A stretch of DNA of 64,000 bases. Origin: Azolla caroliniana (Eukaryota; Plantae; Polypodiophyta). The notes under the pieces are model-generated. The model made no database searches and had not been told where the DNA came from. It saw nothing but the letters and a program-made list of their open reading frames with translations. The stretch lies in contig JBHGNT010000010.1 of assembly GCA_043228905.1 (NCBI GenBank), positions 13,826,001-13,890,000 on the forward strand. The letters are read 5' to 3'. The position numbers and the translations under genes are program-made. This document shows positions 1-13,501 of the stretch, in pieces. The first letter of the stretch is position 1. Each line of letters starts with the position of its first letter.

Positions 1-2023
1 CGCAACATTTGATAATCAAAAGCAAGTAATCTTGGGACCAACACGATTGCACACGACGCGGATTTTTCACACCCCGATGGATTCACGGATTACCGATGAC
101 ATACGTGCAACCTTGAAGACGGATAGTTTTGCTCAAGACATCCTGGTGCACATTGATACTTCTCGGGCATCCTGTTCTCGGTCTCAACAACCAGGTATTG
201 ACTACTGACAATTCGAATATCATGATGGTTTGTTATTCTTTAAAAAGCGCGTATATGTCCCCGATTGCTCCTGTCGCCTTCAAATCGTCCAACATTGTCA
301 CGACACCCATATGGCGGGACATTTCGGTAGTACTAAGACGTTGGAGCTAGTGCAGCGATCTTTTTGGTGGCCCCACATGCGCCGTTTTGTTGACGACTAC
401 GTTCGAACCTGTGATGCTTGTTGCCGAGCAAAGATGCCACGACACCATCCATATGGCTTGTTGGAACCCTTACCGATTCCAAGTAAGCCGTGGCAGTCTA
501 TTTGTCTTGATTTTATCACAGATCTGCCGGTCTCGAAGGGGTTCGATGCTATCCTAACCGTCGTCGATCGATACACGAAGATGGCACATTTTGTGCCATG
601 TACTAAAGCCATCACTAGCGAGGAAACCGTCGCTCTTGTTATGCGTGAGGTATTTCGGCATCATGGCCTCCCAGACAGTATTATCAGTGACCGAGGCCCG
701 TAATTCGTCTCCAAATTTTGGCAGCATCTCTTCAAGATGCTCAAGTCTCCTACAACCTCTCCTCCGGCTACCATCCTCAGACCGACGGGCAGGCGGAACG
801 AACAAACCAAACGCTGGAGCAATATCTCCGGTGTTTCCTGAGTTATCAATAGGACGATTGGGCTGAGATTCTCCACTTTGTGGAGTTTGCGTATAATAAT
901 GCTATTCACTCCTCGACTCGGGTCTCCCCATTTTTCGCTTATACCGGTTTCCATCCTCGCTGGTCAGTGATCGACACTCCGGAGCTACCTACCAACCCTC
1001 GTGCCGAGGATCATTTGGAGAGGCTACGCAAGATCCAGATGGATCTCTCTACGCACCTTCGTCATGCTCAACACACACAGAAGACTTATGCGGATCGTCA
1101 TCGGATTCCCTCCTCTTTTGCCATCGGAGATTGAGTATGGCTCTTACGTCGTCACATCAAGACTACTCGATCGTGCGACAAGTTGGATTATCGACGACTC
1201 GGTCCCTTCCGTATTACGGGTAAGATTAATGATGTCACCTTCCGCCTTGATCTCCCTCCGTAGCTTTAGATACATCCGGTTTTCCATTGTTCTCTTCTTG
1301 AACCTTATAAAGCAAACACCATTCCCGATCGTGTGACACCACCGCCGCCCCCGCTGGAGTTGGACGCCGGCCCAGAGTATGAAGTTGCTGCCATCCTCGA
1401 TTCCAAACTTGTTCGCAACAAACTTTATTACTTGGTCGATTGGCTCGGTTATAGTCCGAGCGAACGTACCTGGGAACCTGTCGAGCATGTTGCCAATGCA
1501 CAGGATCTTCTTGTCGATTTCCACCGAAAGTATCCGAACAAAACCCGGTCCACAATTAGCGCCGACTCGTTCCACTCATCGTCTTTAAGGGGGAGATAGT
1601 GTCATGATATGGCAAGACTCGAACCCATGACCTTATGTTACATGGGTCGAGCTCTTACCATTAGACTATGAATTATAATTTGTAAGATATTATTTTTATT
1701 TATGTTTTATCATAGAAAATTGATGTATATTCCAGATCTCTCTGGAACATTCTAGAAGCTTCAGGATTATTCCTAAAAACACTATAAAAGGAGGCACAAG
1801 GCATTGTTTTGAACCAAATTGGTTCAACACTAGTCTTAAGCTTCTTAGCCGATTTGTACTTATCTTTCATATAATATAAGAACTGCTGTCATCATCCTAT
1901 CTCTCTCTCTCCTCTTCTCACTTCCTCTCTCTCGGGAATCTTACGCAGTCCCATCCTCTTAGTACTAATAGTATTGTTCTTCTTAGTACTAATTCCATCT
2001 CTGCTTTAGTACTATTCCTGACA
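1..2023 (+). mobile_element. Ty3/gypsy chromovirus (Tcn1/Tf1-like), 3' part: integrase, chromodomain, PPT and 3' LTR; decayed
   Basis: Integrase zinc finger (HDTHMAGHFG...CDAC) and core (LDFITDLP...SDRGP), GPF motif, chromodomain EYEVAAILDSK...YLVDWLGY...TWEP, PPT AAGGGGGAGATAG at 1587-1599. Stops and frameshifts split the ORF. Confidence 0.93.
1600..2023 (+). repeat. 3' LTR of chromovirus (424 bp)
   Basis: TGTCA...TGACA termini directly after the PPT; TATAAAA near 1783. Related copies on the minus strand at 6397-6606, 17843-18234 and 22131-~22232. Confidence 0.9.
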
Positions 2024-5000
2024 CAGAGCCAATCGGCTTTGCTTTTGACATGTTGAATCTTTCTAGGATCTTTGTCACGTATTTCTCTTGTGATAACCAC
2101 GACACTTTCTTAGTTCTATCTCGAACTATGTGAATCCCTAAGATCTGTCTAGCCGATCCAAGATCTTTCATGTCAAACAATTTGCCTAGAGCTTTCTTCA
2201 AGCTTCCGATCTTCCTTGTATCTTGACCAACTATCAATATGTCATCTACATATAACACGAGAATCTAGAAGTCACCTTCGTCGTACCTTTTGACGAACAC
2301 ACAATGATTAGCATGTGTTTTCTAGAACCTATGTTCCACCATGAAGGACTCGAACTTCTTGTACCATTGGTGTGGAGCTTGTTTCAACCCATACAAGCTT
2401 TTCTTGAATCGACACACCAGGTTCTCTTTCCCTTCCTCCTCAAAACCTTTGGGTTGTTGCATGTAAATCTCTTCATCCAGATCCCCGTGCAAGAATTTCT
2501 TCTTAACATCCAACTGTTCCATCTCCAAATCCATGCTGGTAGCTATGCTCAGAACAGTTCTAATAGATGTCATCTTCACGACTGGAACAAATATTTCATC
2601 AAAGTCGACGCCCTTTTTCTAGTGGAAACCCTTCACCACAATGCGGGCTTTGTACCTAGGCGCATTGTCGACTTCTCCAGTCTTCACCTTGTAGACCCAT
2701 TTATTCCTGAGTGCTCTCTAAACCTTTCAGCAGCTCTGCCAAGTCGTAGGTATAATTCTTGTGCAGAGAGTTCATCCCATCTTGCATCGTGCTCAGCCAT
2801 TTCTCTCTGTGCTTGTCGGCAATGGCTTCATTGTGTAGCACTCGGGTTCACCTTCATCAGTGAAGACAATGTATTGACTGGCATATGTCGTCGGTCCTCT
2901 CCTTTCTCTGAGTGAGTATCTCCTTCCACTTGTTGTCGGCTCTCGTTCGGGTGTCTCTGTTGACTCTCCTCTTTGGTCGGGTTCATATATGTCGATCAGC
3001 TTCTAAAGGTTGGATGACTCCAACTCGTATTCCTCGATCGATCTGAACAACTCTATTGACTCAGACTCATAGTTGGTTGGTTTCTCCGAGTCGAGCAACT
3101 TGGAATCAGTAGTGCGAACTGGCTATCTTTGAACAGTTGGCTATGCCGGTTCACTTGGCCTCAAGTCGATAGTAGTGGAGGTTGATTGGTTAGTCAAATC
3201 CGACTTCTGTTGCTTCCAGTCCTCTATGGTCTTGTCTTTCAAGAAGAGTATGTCCCGACTCCTCACTACCTTCTTGTCAACTAGGTCTCATAGCCTATAG
3301 CCAAACTCATCTTCCGAGTATCCCATGAATATGCATGGTTTCGACTTACTATCGAGCTTTGACCTTTGATCCTTAGCTACCTACATGCATGTACACTAAG
3401 CATCCGAATACCCGTGGGTGTCAGTAGGAGACATCCTTTCCTATCCACACCTTTTGTGGGACATCACCTTTCAACGGTACTGAGGGGGACCTGTTGATCA
3501 CATAAACAACCGTGTACAACGCCTCAGCCCAGTATATTTTCGCCAGTTTAGCATGGCACAACATGCTCCTTACTCTCTCCATGATTGTCTGGTTCATCCT
3601 CTCTGCAAGCCCATTCAACTCACGGGTCTTCGGTACTGTGTATTTGATTCAAATATCTTGGGCCTTGAAGTATTCCCCAAACTGCCCTTTATATTCGCCA
3701 CCATTGTCGGTTCAGACAATTTTCAACTTCCGACCTGACTCTTGTTCAACTCTTGCCTGAAACCCCTTGAAGAACAATAGTACTTGACCTTTTGACTTTA
3801 GTACAAAAGCCCACAACTTCTGACTGTAGTCATCAATGAAGGTCACAAAGTATTGTCCGCCTTAGTGTGACGGAGGATCTACATAACACACAGTTCTAGT
3901 GCAACTTCTCTTCTTCTTGGTGGCCGTGTTTGGAATGCTGCTCTGTTCTACTTTCCGACTAAGTAGTCGACGCACTTCTCTAGTTGCACTCCATTTACTT
4001 CTGGTAGAAGCTTCTTGTCGGCCAACAGATGCATCCCCTTCTCACTCATGTGGCCTAGCCTCTTATGCCATATCTGTCCTGCTGAGTCGGCTGCCACATT
4101 CAATTCCGGCTTGCACAGTCAGGCTTGCATCATATAAATGTGCCTTGCTTCTATGCTCGGGCCACTATAAGATTTCCTTGGCAGAACTTCCACTTGCCAT
4201 TTCGAAAACTACCATTGTAGCCTTCGTCATTCAGTCTTCTAGTCGATATCAGATTCAATCTGATATCGGGGACGTGTCGAACATCCTTCATAGTCAATTG
4301 ACACCCTACCCTGTCATCGTTGTCAGGCAGACACTTCCAATTCTGGCTGTCTTTCACTCCCCATTGTCACCCATCTTTACATAACTGTGATCACCGACTA
4401 TGTAAGTCAAGAAATACTCTCTCGACGGAGTTATGTAGAAGGATGCACCGGAGTCGATCACCCAAGTGCATTCTTTGCTTGCAAGATTTGCACTTGTTTG
4501 TTCACAAATGAACAAAAGTTCTTCATTGCTCGTAGGCTGTAGCAATGGCTAAAGTGTACTTTTCTTCAAGAATCTTCCTGAATTTGACATTATTACTGAC
4601 ACTCTTTTCCCTCTTAAGGTGTCGGCAGTCTTTCTGGAAATGTTCAGGCTTTCCACAATAAAAGCACACGAGTTTTCCTCTAGACTTCTTTGCCAGTTCC
4701 TTCCTCTGTCGATGTGTTGAGTCAAATTTGACTCCGATTGGACTAGGATACCCTTTGTTCTTCCTTCTCGCTTCCTCATTCAGGAAGCTTGTCTTCACTG
4801 CTTGTAAATGCATGTTCTCTTCTTGAGAGGAGGTGTTGAGAGTAACCACCAGGTTTTCCCAGCTATCCGGCAATATGCACATTAGCAGGATGGCTTGCAT
4901 AGCATCATCAAGGGGAAACTTGGTTGCGACAAGTTGATTTACATACATACCCCATGAATGTGCTGATGTGTTCGACGATGCTCTCACCATCTCTGTATTT

Positions 5001-5976
5001 CAGTCGTACTATCTTTTCTCATCAGTGAGGTTTTATTGAGGGCGTTCTTCCTCTCATATAGACCTGACAGCTTCTACCACATCTTGTGGGCATTTGTGTC
5101 ATTCGCCACATGCTGAAGGACACTTACATCGACGCACTGTCGGATGGTGGCCACCGCCTTTCTGTTAAGAAGTTTCCATTCCGACTCTAATACCCCCGTG
5201 GGTATTTCTTCTCTGTTGATCAGCTCATACAAGTCTTTGACTATGAGAAGGTCCTCCATCTTTATCTTCCAGTCTGCATAGTTCTAAGAGTTTAGAACTA
5301 TAATTCCTGGGAAGCCACTCACACCTCCTTCCATGCTTGCACCTCAAGCTCTGACACCAGTTTCTAGAGAAATGAATCGTCGATCCACAAGAAGGAATGG
5401 ACTGAAATACATAGTTAGGAAGCACAGAAAAAAATAGTGTACACAAATTTTTCGTGGAAACCCTAAAGTGGGAGAAAACCAGGGAGAACGGAGCTTCAGT
5501 ATACAGTGGATATACAATGACAAGATTAGAGTACAACGCTCTCTACACCGAGTGTATTAGCCGCGTAGGGCTCTTGGCGTATGTTGTTATAGAACATAGC
5601 TATGGCGTCACTCACTCGGTCTCTCTTAACGTTCTCACTCTTCTCTATATTTTTCTACAACAGAGGATCACACACTTGTCACACTACTTCTGTTTGCCCT
5701 AGGTGTATTTATACTAATAAACCGAATGGGATATTTATAATCTTGGCCATTATTATCATCCAATAATAATAATAATAATAATAGTCTTACTAATCAGCCA
5801 ACTCATTCGTCGATTGTCGGGTTGGTCCGACTAGTCGACCTGGTCATCGACCATCCAGTCGGCCCGACTAGCCGGTCGTGTCTTTGACCTCAATCAACTG
5901 TCTCTGAGTTGACTCCTCAACTGTCGGCTCTCTCCGAGCAATCAGCTCCTCCCATTGGAGGGACATATTCCTAACA
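2024..5976 (-). mobile_element. Ty1/copia family A, 5' LTR to mid-RT, interrupted at 2023 by the chromovirus
   Basis: Minus-strand gag (MEDLLIVKDLY, CFYCGKPEHFQKDC), protease WVIDSGAS, integrase, RT (MLYVDDILI). PBS-Met-like TGGTGTCAGAGC at 5348-5359. 5' LTR 5363-5976, similar at its ends to 50050-50636. Confidence 0.9.
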
Positions 5977-6396
5977 GTTTGTTCTTCATCCGAATATGAT
6001 TCAGGATCTTGTCCAGTTCCAGTGTCTGATTCTTCTTCGGTTGGATCGGGTCTTTGTCCGAATCCAGCAGGTTCATCATGGTCCTCATCTGACATTCAAC
6101 TTCCAACTGGATGCGTCCTAACATCTTCCAACCGATCTCTATCGGTGGACCCAGAGTGCACTATCTTCTTCTCTAACTCCCAGTCGGAAATAGTCTTTTC
6201 TTCCATGAAGACTATGACTCGACTCCGGAACACCTTCTTATCGACTAGGTCCCACACTCGGTACCCAAACTCATCATCGCCCTATCCAAGGAATATGCAT
6301 GGCCGAGATTTCGGATTCAATTTCGCTCTCTTGTCCTTTGAAACATGCACGTAAGTGAGACAACCAAACACCTTCAGATGCCGGTAAGACACATTC
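5977..6396 (-). mobile_element. Ty1/copia family B integrase C-terminal fragment (host of the family A insertion)
   Basis: Reverse strand encodes LKVFGCL...KLNPKSRPCIFLGY...YRVWDLVDKKVFRSRVIVFMEEK, closely similar to 47680-48070. Confidence 0.85.
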
Positions 6397-6602
6397 TGGC
6401 AGGAATAGTACTAAAATAGAGAGAGAATTAGTACTGGAGAAGGGAAGTACAATTAGTACTCAGAGGACGGGACTACGTAAGACTCCCGAGAGAGAGATAA
6501 CGAGGATGAGAGAGAGAGAGAGATGATGATGATAACAGATGATATATTATATAAAGAGTAAGTACAAGATGGCTATGAGGCTTAAGATTGGCGTTGAACC
6601 AA

Positions 6603-9600
6603 TTTGACTGTCTTGGGGATGCCATCTAGAGGAAAGGATATACAGAGAAGGACCGACGACTGATCGCGGAAGAAGGCGCTTCCCCTGCTCGCGTCAGATG
6701 CCCGAGTGCTCCCGACTTGGGGATCGACCTTCTGCGCACCGACGTCTCTTTGTATCTGGCTTTCACGAAGCTCTACACTCCATCGTCGGCTCTGATCCGG
6801 TTGTATTCACTTGCAGCACCACGCACTTGCGTTGTTTAATAGAAACCTTTTTTTTTTTCTCCTAACACACGTCGTGCCCAGTGTCTTTGACCGTGTCTCC
6901 GTCCACGCACAACTCTCTTACTCTCTCCCGAGCGCTACCCTTACCTGTTTTCCCGTGGTCCCAAGACCTACGTGGTCTCTAAACTCCCCCCTCTTCGCTT
7001 TCTTGATTCCTTGGTTCAAGACCCTCGTGGTCCTGCCCGACTTCTACGCATCCGCAAGGATAACCTCAACATCTTTGGTGAACCCGAGGTGAAGAAGGGC
7101 GGCAAAGGAATCTGGAGATGAGAAGACGTGAACTCGCAGAAGCGATGGTGGTGGCGGTAGACCGCCTGGTTAGTGCTCGCGAGGGCGCGAGTGCCCTCGA
7201 CCAGGCCATAGAGGCAACAGTCGACAAGATAGGCCAATTCGGCGGAAAGGACGCCACGAGTTACTTAGAGGCCTACAAATCTGAAATGCAGATGAGGAAC
7301 ATACCCAAAGATAGACGGCTAGCGGGGTTTCCCCGGGTTGTAACACCACACATCCATACAGAGATGGTCGAGATACAAGCGGGCTGTCACGATTGGGCGG
7401 AGTTCGCAGAGGAAGTTCTCAAGAGGTACAGCTATGATGATTCACTCTGGCTATCGAGAAAGGATTTTATGGAATGGGTCAACAGCCCCGACAAGGGTCA
7501 GAACGCTTCTGCGCTCCTCTAGGAGTTCGAGTCACGATTCACACGACTCTCTAGGTTGGACCGAACCGTGCTCGAAACGAGCAAGGTTCTATTTTTTGTC
7601 ACTTCGTTTGACTCACACGTCCAGGAAAGCGTGGGTCTTCTTTTGGAAACCAACCGAGGCCTCACGACTAACTAGGTGACCGTCAAGGAAGTATGCAGCA
7701 GGATTGACAAACATCGGCACTGGAAAGAAAACGGGTCCTCGTCGATCGGACCGGCTGTTGAAATCAGGTTCGAACCAATGCCGACCCGAATGGAAGAAAC
7801 AAGGAGGTGGCTCGAGCTAGGCCCACCCCCGGCGAACATAGTCGCGGGACCTGCAGGTGGCGCTGGACTAGAAGAACTGACAAGGATGGTGCGCGACCTC
7901 CAGATCGCCCAGGCTCGACGAAGCAACGAAGGTTAGCCGCATGACAGGCAACCACCGGCCAATCAGAGGTGTGTATGGTGCGACGCCACCGAACATGCCC
8001 GAAGAGAATGCACTGACTTCGGAGAAGCGCTTAGGAGTAATGTAGTCTACCTTTCGAACGACAGGGTACATGCGAGCAACACGCGAAGATTGCTTGACAC
8101 GAATTTTGGACGAGGTGGCATGAAGAGGCTAATGGAAGAAGCCGTGGCCCAGCACGTCGAAGCCATCCACTATTCGGCTTCAGCCGGCATACGCGTAGGG
8201 GAGAAGATCACCAAACCCGATTCCAAATCTGGGTTCTAGTTGGTCGTTCTCGAGACCTTGTCCGGAGGAAGGCTGCAGAAGGAGGAAGTAGAGCACACAG
8301 AAGAACGTCTTTCGCAAAGTTACCGGGTGGAGTGACCCCGTTCACGAAAGCACTGGCTTTGTGGAGGCCGCGTGCAGAAACTACGAAGCCTTGATCGACG
8401 AAAGGCAAGTGGGAAAAACCGGGGGAGCGGGCCCATCGGGGAGGCAAGATACATGAAGCGCAACCAAAAAGCACATTGCCGCTCCGACCGGATCCCAGGA
8501 GAAGGAGAAGGGCAAGATTCTGAGCTTCCGCTTAAGCTCGGAGATAGAGAAAACAACAAACCTACAAAAGGTTCTAGAGGAGCGAGTTCTCGACAGTCGC
8601 ATAGAACTCACGCTTAGGGAAGTACTCGGCATAGCAAGAAGGGATTTCCACGACAGCATCGTGAACCTCGTGAAGAGAAAGCGTCTCGCAACAGAACCGG
8701 AGCCCGAGAAGCCGGTTGAGGTAAGGGCGGCACTCCTCGATGAGATAGTCGTGGAAGACGAGCTCGCGGAGAGCCACTACGCCAAACCGCACTGGGCAAG
8801 GGCTACTACAGAAACCCCAGTTTGTATGGGGAATGTCAAGGAACCGGTGGTGGCGTTAATCGACCACGGGTCGGAAATTAACCTGATGTCCATGGACTTC
8901 TACAAAAAGGGGGATTGGCCGATCAAAATACCAAACATGGGTGGAAGATATGCGTGGCTACAAGAGCCACAGAAGAGCTACATGGGGCTTGCCCAAACGT
9001 CAAGGTGAGCATCGGGGACGTCGACATAAACCAACACTTTTTCGTGCAAGAGACATCCTCTCACCCGGTCATCCTTGGGGAACCATACATCACGGCGGCT
9101 AGAATGGAAATGAAAGTGTTGGACAATGGCTTAGCCTACACGAGGGTAAAAAGTCAGGACGACCGTCACTCTGTTCAATTTTTGACCGTTCGGAAGAACC
9201 ACGAATGAAATCGGGACACCCTCGGAAATGATAACAAGCCGGATTTTTAAAAAGGGCTATCAAGGCGTGGGGCCGCGATAGTCCGGATAACCGGAAAGCT
9301 CCCCACACCTATAAAATAGGTAGGAAAGTTTTGTTCTCCAACCACGGAGGATGTACCATAGTCAGCATCAGTGACCAAGAAAGAAAACGGGCCGAGATAC
9401 GCTTCAAGGCGTGCAGAGCCTTGAGCTGCGACGAAGGAATTGGGGATGCCGTGGAGGCGGTCTCGTTTGATGACACCCTGGGTGAAATCGAGAAGGTAGT
9501 TGAAGGAGGTTTAAGCGAAGACCGAGTCATACTGGTTAACTCGATCGACATGTATGAAGTCATTGCAGACTTCGAAAGAGGAACCTGGGCGCATCGGATC

Positions 9601-12600
9601 ACCCGAGTAGACACAAAACACAAGACTGTGGACCGGAAGGTGAAGCCCGTTGCGGCTCCCTTGTCGGAGGGCAGCTGGGAACGAATAAAGGGGGTCGCTA
9701 TCGACCCCACCTTGCGGGATCCGGCCGGCATAGGGCACTGTTTCATCGACAAAACGCTACGAGAGCTGAAGATCAGTGGGGGTGGTTTCCTACAGCCGGC
9801 GAAAGAGGATCGGTTCAGAAGGATGCTCAAAAGGCACAGAAAGGCCTTCGCATTCTCACCAGGAGAGATCGGGTGCGTCGACCCAACCATCGTCGAGCCA
9901 ATGGTAATCTTTACGGTATCGCATGTACCATGGAGCCTCAAGCCAATCCAAGTACCGAGGGCTCACATGCTGATGCTGATGGAGCTCCTTAAACAGAAAG
10001 TAGAGTCGGGCATCCTCGAACCGTTGAGTGACCCCTATTCTAACTAGTGGTTTATGGTACCGAAGAAGAACAGTACATTGTGCTTCATCCAGGACTTACA
10101 ACCGGTCAACAAAATGACCATCCGCAATACGGGAGTCGGACCGTCGATCGATGAGTTCACAGAAGCCTTCGCTGGAAGATCCATATACTCGGTCGGAAAC
10201 CTTTACTCAGGATACGACCAATTCCAGCTGGCCGTGGAAAGCAGGGACATCACGACGATGCGAACCCCTCTCGGTCTAGTTCAGATGTGCACCTTACCAC
10301 AAGGAGGAACCAACTCGGTTGCACACATGGTGAATGCTATGAACAGAGTTCTGAGGGACTGCATTCCAGACATCACCATGCCTTTCTTGGACGACATCCC
10401 TATCAAGGGGTGTCCGAAGGACACCAAGGATGAGTCGATCGGCGCGGACGGGTGCTGAAGGTTTGTCACGAACCACATTGTCGACTGCGAAAAGATACTA
10501 CAGAGGCTCGAAGGCGCGTAGCTTACCTTCTCGGGAGAGAAGTCTGCCTTCGGGCAACAAGAGATATTAGTGGTTGGCCACCTATCTGGGTCGTACGGCT
10601 GGAAGCCATTGCCGACCAAGGTGGAGGCCATCTCGGCAATGAGGGAGGAGTGCAGATCCATCACAGAGGTTCGGTGATTCTTAGGGGCATGTGCCTTCTA
10701 CCACATATGGATGCCTCACTACGCGCACGCGCACATCGTCGAGCCGCTCTACGGCTTGCTAAAGAAGAGCAAGAAATTCGAATAGGCAAAGGAACATACG
10801 GAGGTGGTCCGGAGGCTAAAACAAACGTTGGCTGCGGCACCGGCTTTGCGCAAAGTGGAATACGCACCAAGTACTCCAGTCTACATCACAGTGGACACCA
10901 ACCCGACCGGGATCGGATGGGTTGTGAATCAAGAGGATGAAGACGGCACATGCTTCCCTATCCGGTTTGGTGCGACGGTACTTAGTGAACGAAAGCGAGG
11001 ATACACCCAAGTCAAGCGCGAGTTGTGGGGTATGGTTTCGGTGATTAAGGTCGACAAAGACTACTTGATCGGGGTGGAGGTAATTATAGAAACGGACTGC
11101 CTGCCGATTCTCGGTATGGTCTCCGGATGCACGACCCCCGACCTGGCCATGCTCAGGTGGATTGCGTACATCAAGTCCCTAAACCAGAGATACGACACAT
11201 CTCGGGTAAAGACAACGCCATAGCTGACATGCTTTCTAGAGCAAGATTCAAGGATGAGGACGACATGGTATCAGAGAACGAAGAAGTCGGCGCGAACTTC
11301 TTCAAATCGGCGAGGATGAATTTAAAAAGAGGAAGCACTCCGCCAACGAATGAATTCGACGAAGACGGGTATGACGGAGAATGGCTTCTAATCGGGAAGT
11401 TTCTGAAGACAATGATGGCGGACATCTCAATGACTAGGGAGGAGGCCGGACAACTCCGGAAGAAGGCGTACAGATATTTCCTACGGAACGGGAAAATCTG
11501 GAGGGTCCCAAAAAGGTGAAATGACACACCACTCCGGGTAATAGCGCGGATGATGACCAACAGAAGCTGATGTAGGAGTTCCACGAGAGCCCTTGCTCTA
11601 GACACCGGGGTACATGGGCTACATTCGAGAAGTTGAAGGAAAAATACTGGTGGCCAGGCATGAACAAGAGTGTGCACGACTTCGTGTCTACGTGCGAAAG
11701 CTGCCAGATGCACTCGATGGTTCAGCACCGCAACAAACTACACCCGATTTATCCTCCGACCGTGCACTTCAAGTGGATGGTTGACTTAGTTACGATGCCG
11801 ATGGGCGAAGGGCAAAAGCGATACCTAGTGCTGGCTAGAGAGGACCTAAGCAACCAGGTAGAGGGACAAGCACTAACGAACAAGACCACTGCGCCAATAT
11901 GTAACTTTCTGATCGAGGATGTCATATGCCGCCAATACGGGTGTGTGGGGAAAATCGTGGCTGACCGAGGAGAGCTAGATGCGGAAGAGGCCGAGGAACT
12001 ATTCGATCGGTTAGGCGTAAAACTGTCCCTCACAATGTCGTACAACCCGGAGGCAAATGGAAAGATTGAACGGGGCCACGGTTCGATCGTAAAGGCCATT
12101 GTACGCGCGTGCGAAGGTCGAGTCGGCAACTGGCCGAGGTTGCTCCCATACGCGTTGTGGGCGGACAGAACCACCCATAGTTCGGTTACAGGGTACATGC
12201 CGGCGGAACTAATGTACAGACAGAAACCCATCATGCCAGTTGAGAGAACGATCACCTCGTGGACGGCAATCGATTGGTCTAACGAAATGAGCAGAGAAGA
12301 GCTTCTAGCAGCACGAATCCGGCAACTCGAGCGAAGACTGGAAGACGTGGAACAAGCCACGATAAAGGTGAAAGAAGCGTGGATCCGAAACAAAGCCCGG
12401 TTCGACTGAACGCACCGACTCCAGCCAAGGAAGATCGAGGAAGGTGATTGGGTGTTAGTCTACGACAGCAACCTCGACAACTAGCATAGGTCTACATGCA
12501 AGTTTGCGAAGCATTGGTTCGAACCGTACATGGTAAATAGCGTCAACAACAACGCGACGTATCCTCTCGCGAGCTCGACGGGACGCGGATAACGACTCCG

Positions 12601-13501
12601 ATGGCTGGGAAGCGGATAAAAGCCTTGAAGAGACGGAACAAAGCAGAATCGAACCCGGGAGCCGAAAGCGCCAGTTCAGGAGAGGATGACGAGTAACCAA
12701 TGGCCCGGAATCCCTCACTAAATTCGCAATCCGGCACATACCGGAGGATGTGCGGTTTAGTGGGGGTGGATGTCATGAAGATTCCGGGCCATAAGCAGAA
12801 ACAAGGTGAAACATGCAGGGGCACCGGTGTACGTGAGTGCACACCTCGAGGGAATTAAATAGGACAAATACTAGGCATGAGTATAAGGAGGGGTACTAGG
12901 TAGTTAGAGCATTAAAAGAGATATAGACATCGCATAAGTAGGGAGAGTTACGAGAAGAGAATCTAGGACGAAAAGTGACGGGTCATGAATGCTTGTAACG
13001 ATCGCTCCTTGTGCTATAAAAGGGGCGACCTTTGACTATCTTGGGGATGCCATCTAGAGGAAACGATATACAGAGAAGGACCGACGACTGATCGTGGAAG
13101 AAGGCGCTTCCCCTGCTCGTGTCAGACGCCCGAGTGCTCCCGACTTGGGGATCGACCTTCTACGCACCAACGTCTCTTTGTATCTGGCTTTTACGAAGCT
13201 CTACGCTCCATCGCTGGCTCTGATCCAGTTGTATTCACCTGAAGCACCACACATTTGCATTGTTTAATAGAAAGCTTTTTTTTTTCTCCTAACACACGTC
13301 GTGCCCACTGTCTTTGACCATGTCTGTTGCGTCCACGCACGACTCTCTTACTCTCTCCCGAGTGCTACCCTTACCTGTTTTCCCGTGGTCCCAAGACCTA
13401 CGTGGTCTCTAAACTCCCCACTCCTCGCTTTCTTGATTCCTTGGTTCAAGACCCCTGTGGTCCTGCCCAACTTCTACACATCCGCGAGGATAACCTCGAC
13501 A
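6603..13501 (+). mobile_element. Non-chromovirus Ty3/gypsy element with tRNA-Trp PBS (Phygy/Selgy-like by inference), decayed
   Basis: 5' LTR 6603-7071 (5'-truncated) matches 3' LTR 12771-13501 (TGTC...GACA). PBS TGGTGAACCCGAGGTGAA at 7076-7093. Gag, protease LIDHGSEIN, RT PFLDD, RNase H VDTN, integrase WMVDLV; PPT-like AGTGGGGGTGGA at 12759-12770; no chromodomain seen. Confidence 0.9.
7076..7093 (+). promoter_or_regulatory. Primer-binding site complementary to the 3' end of tRNA-Trp
   Basis: 17/18 match to TGGTGAACCCGACGTGAA (reverse complement of the plant tRNA-Trp 3' end as recalled), 4 nt after the LTR. Second example at 60612-60629. Confidence 0.8.

Noticed and set aside
1610-1675. Functional tRNA genes at the A/B-box sites
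   Set aside because: No convincing acceptor or anticodon stems could be built here or at 20020, 26400, 26540 and 26840.
9309-12393. Long antisense ORFs (210, 185 and 214 aa)
   Set aside because: Shadows of the GC-rich pol on the opposite strand with no recognisable motifs.
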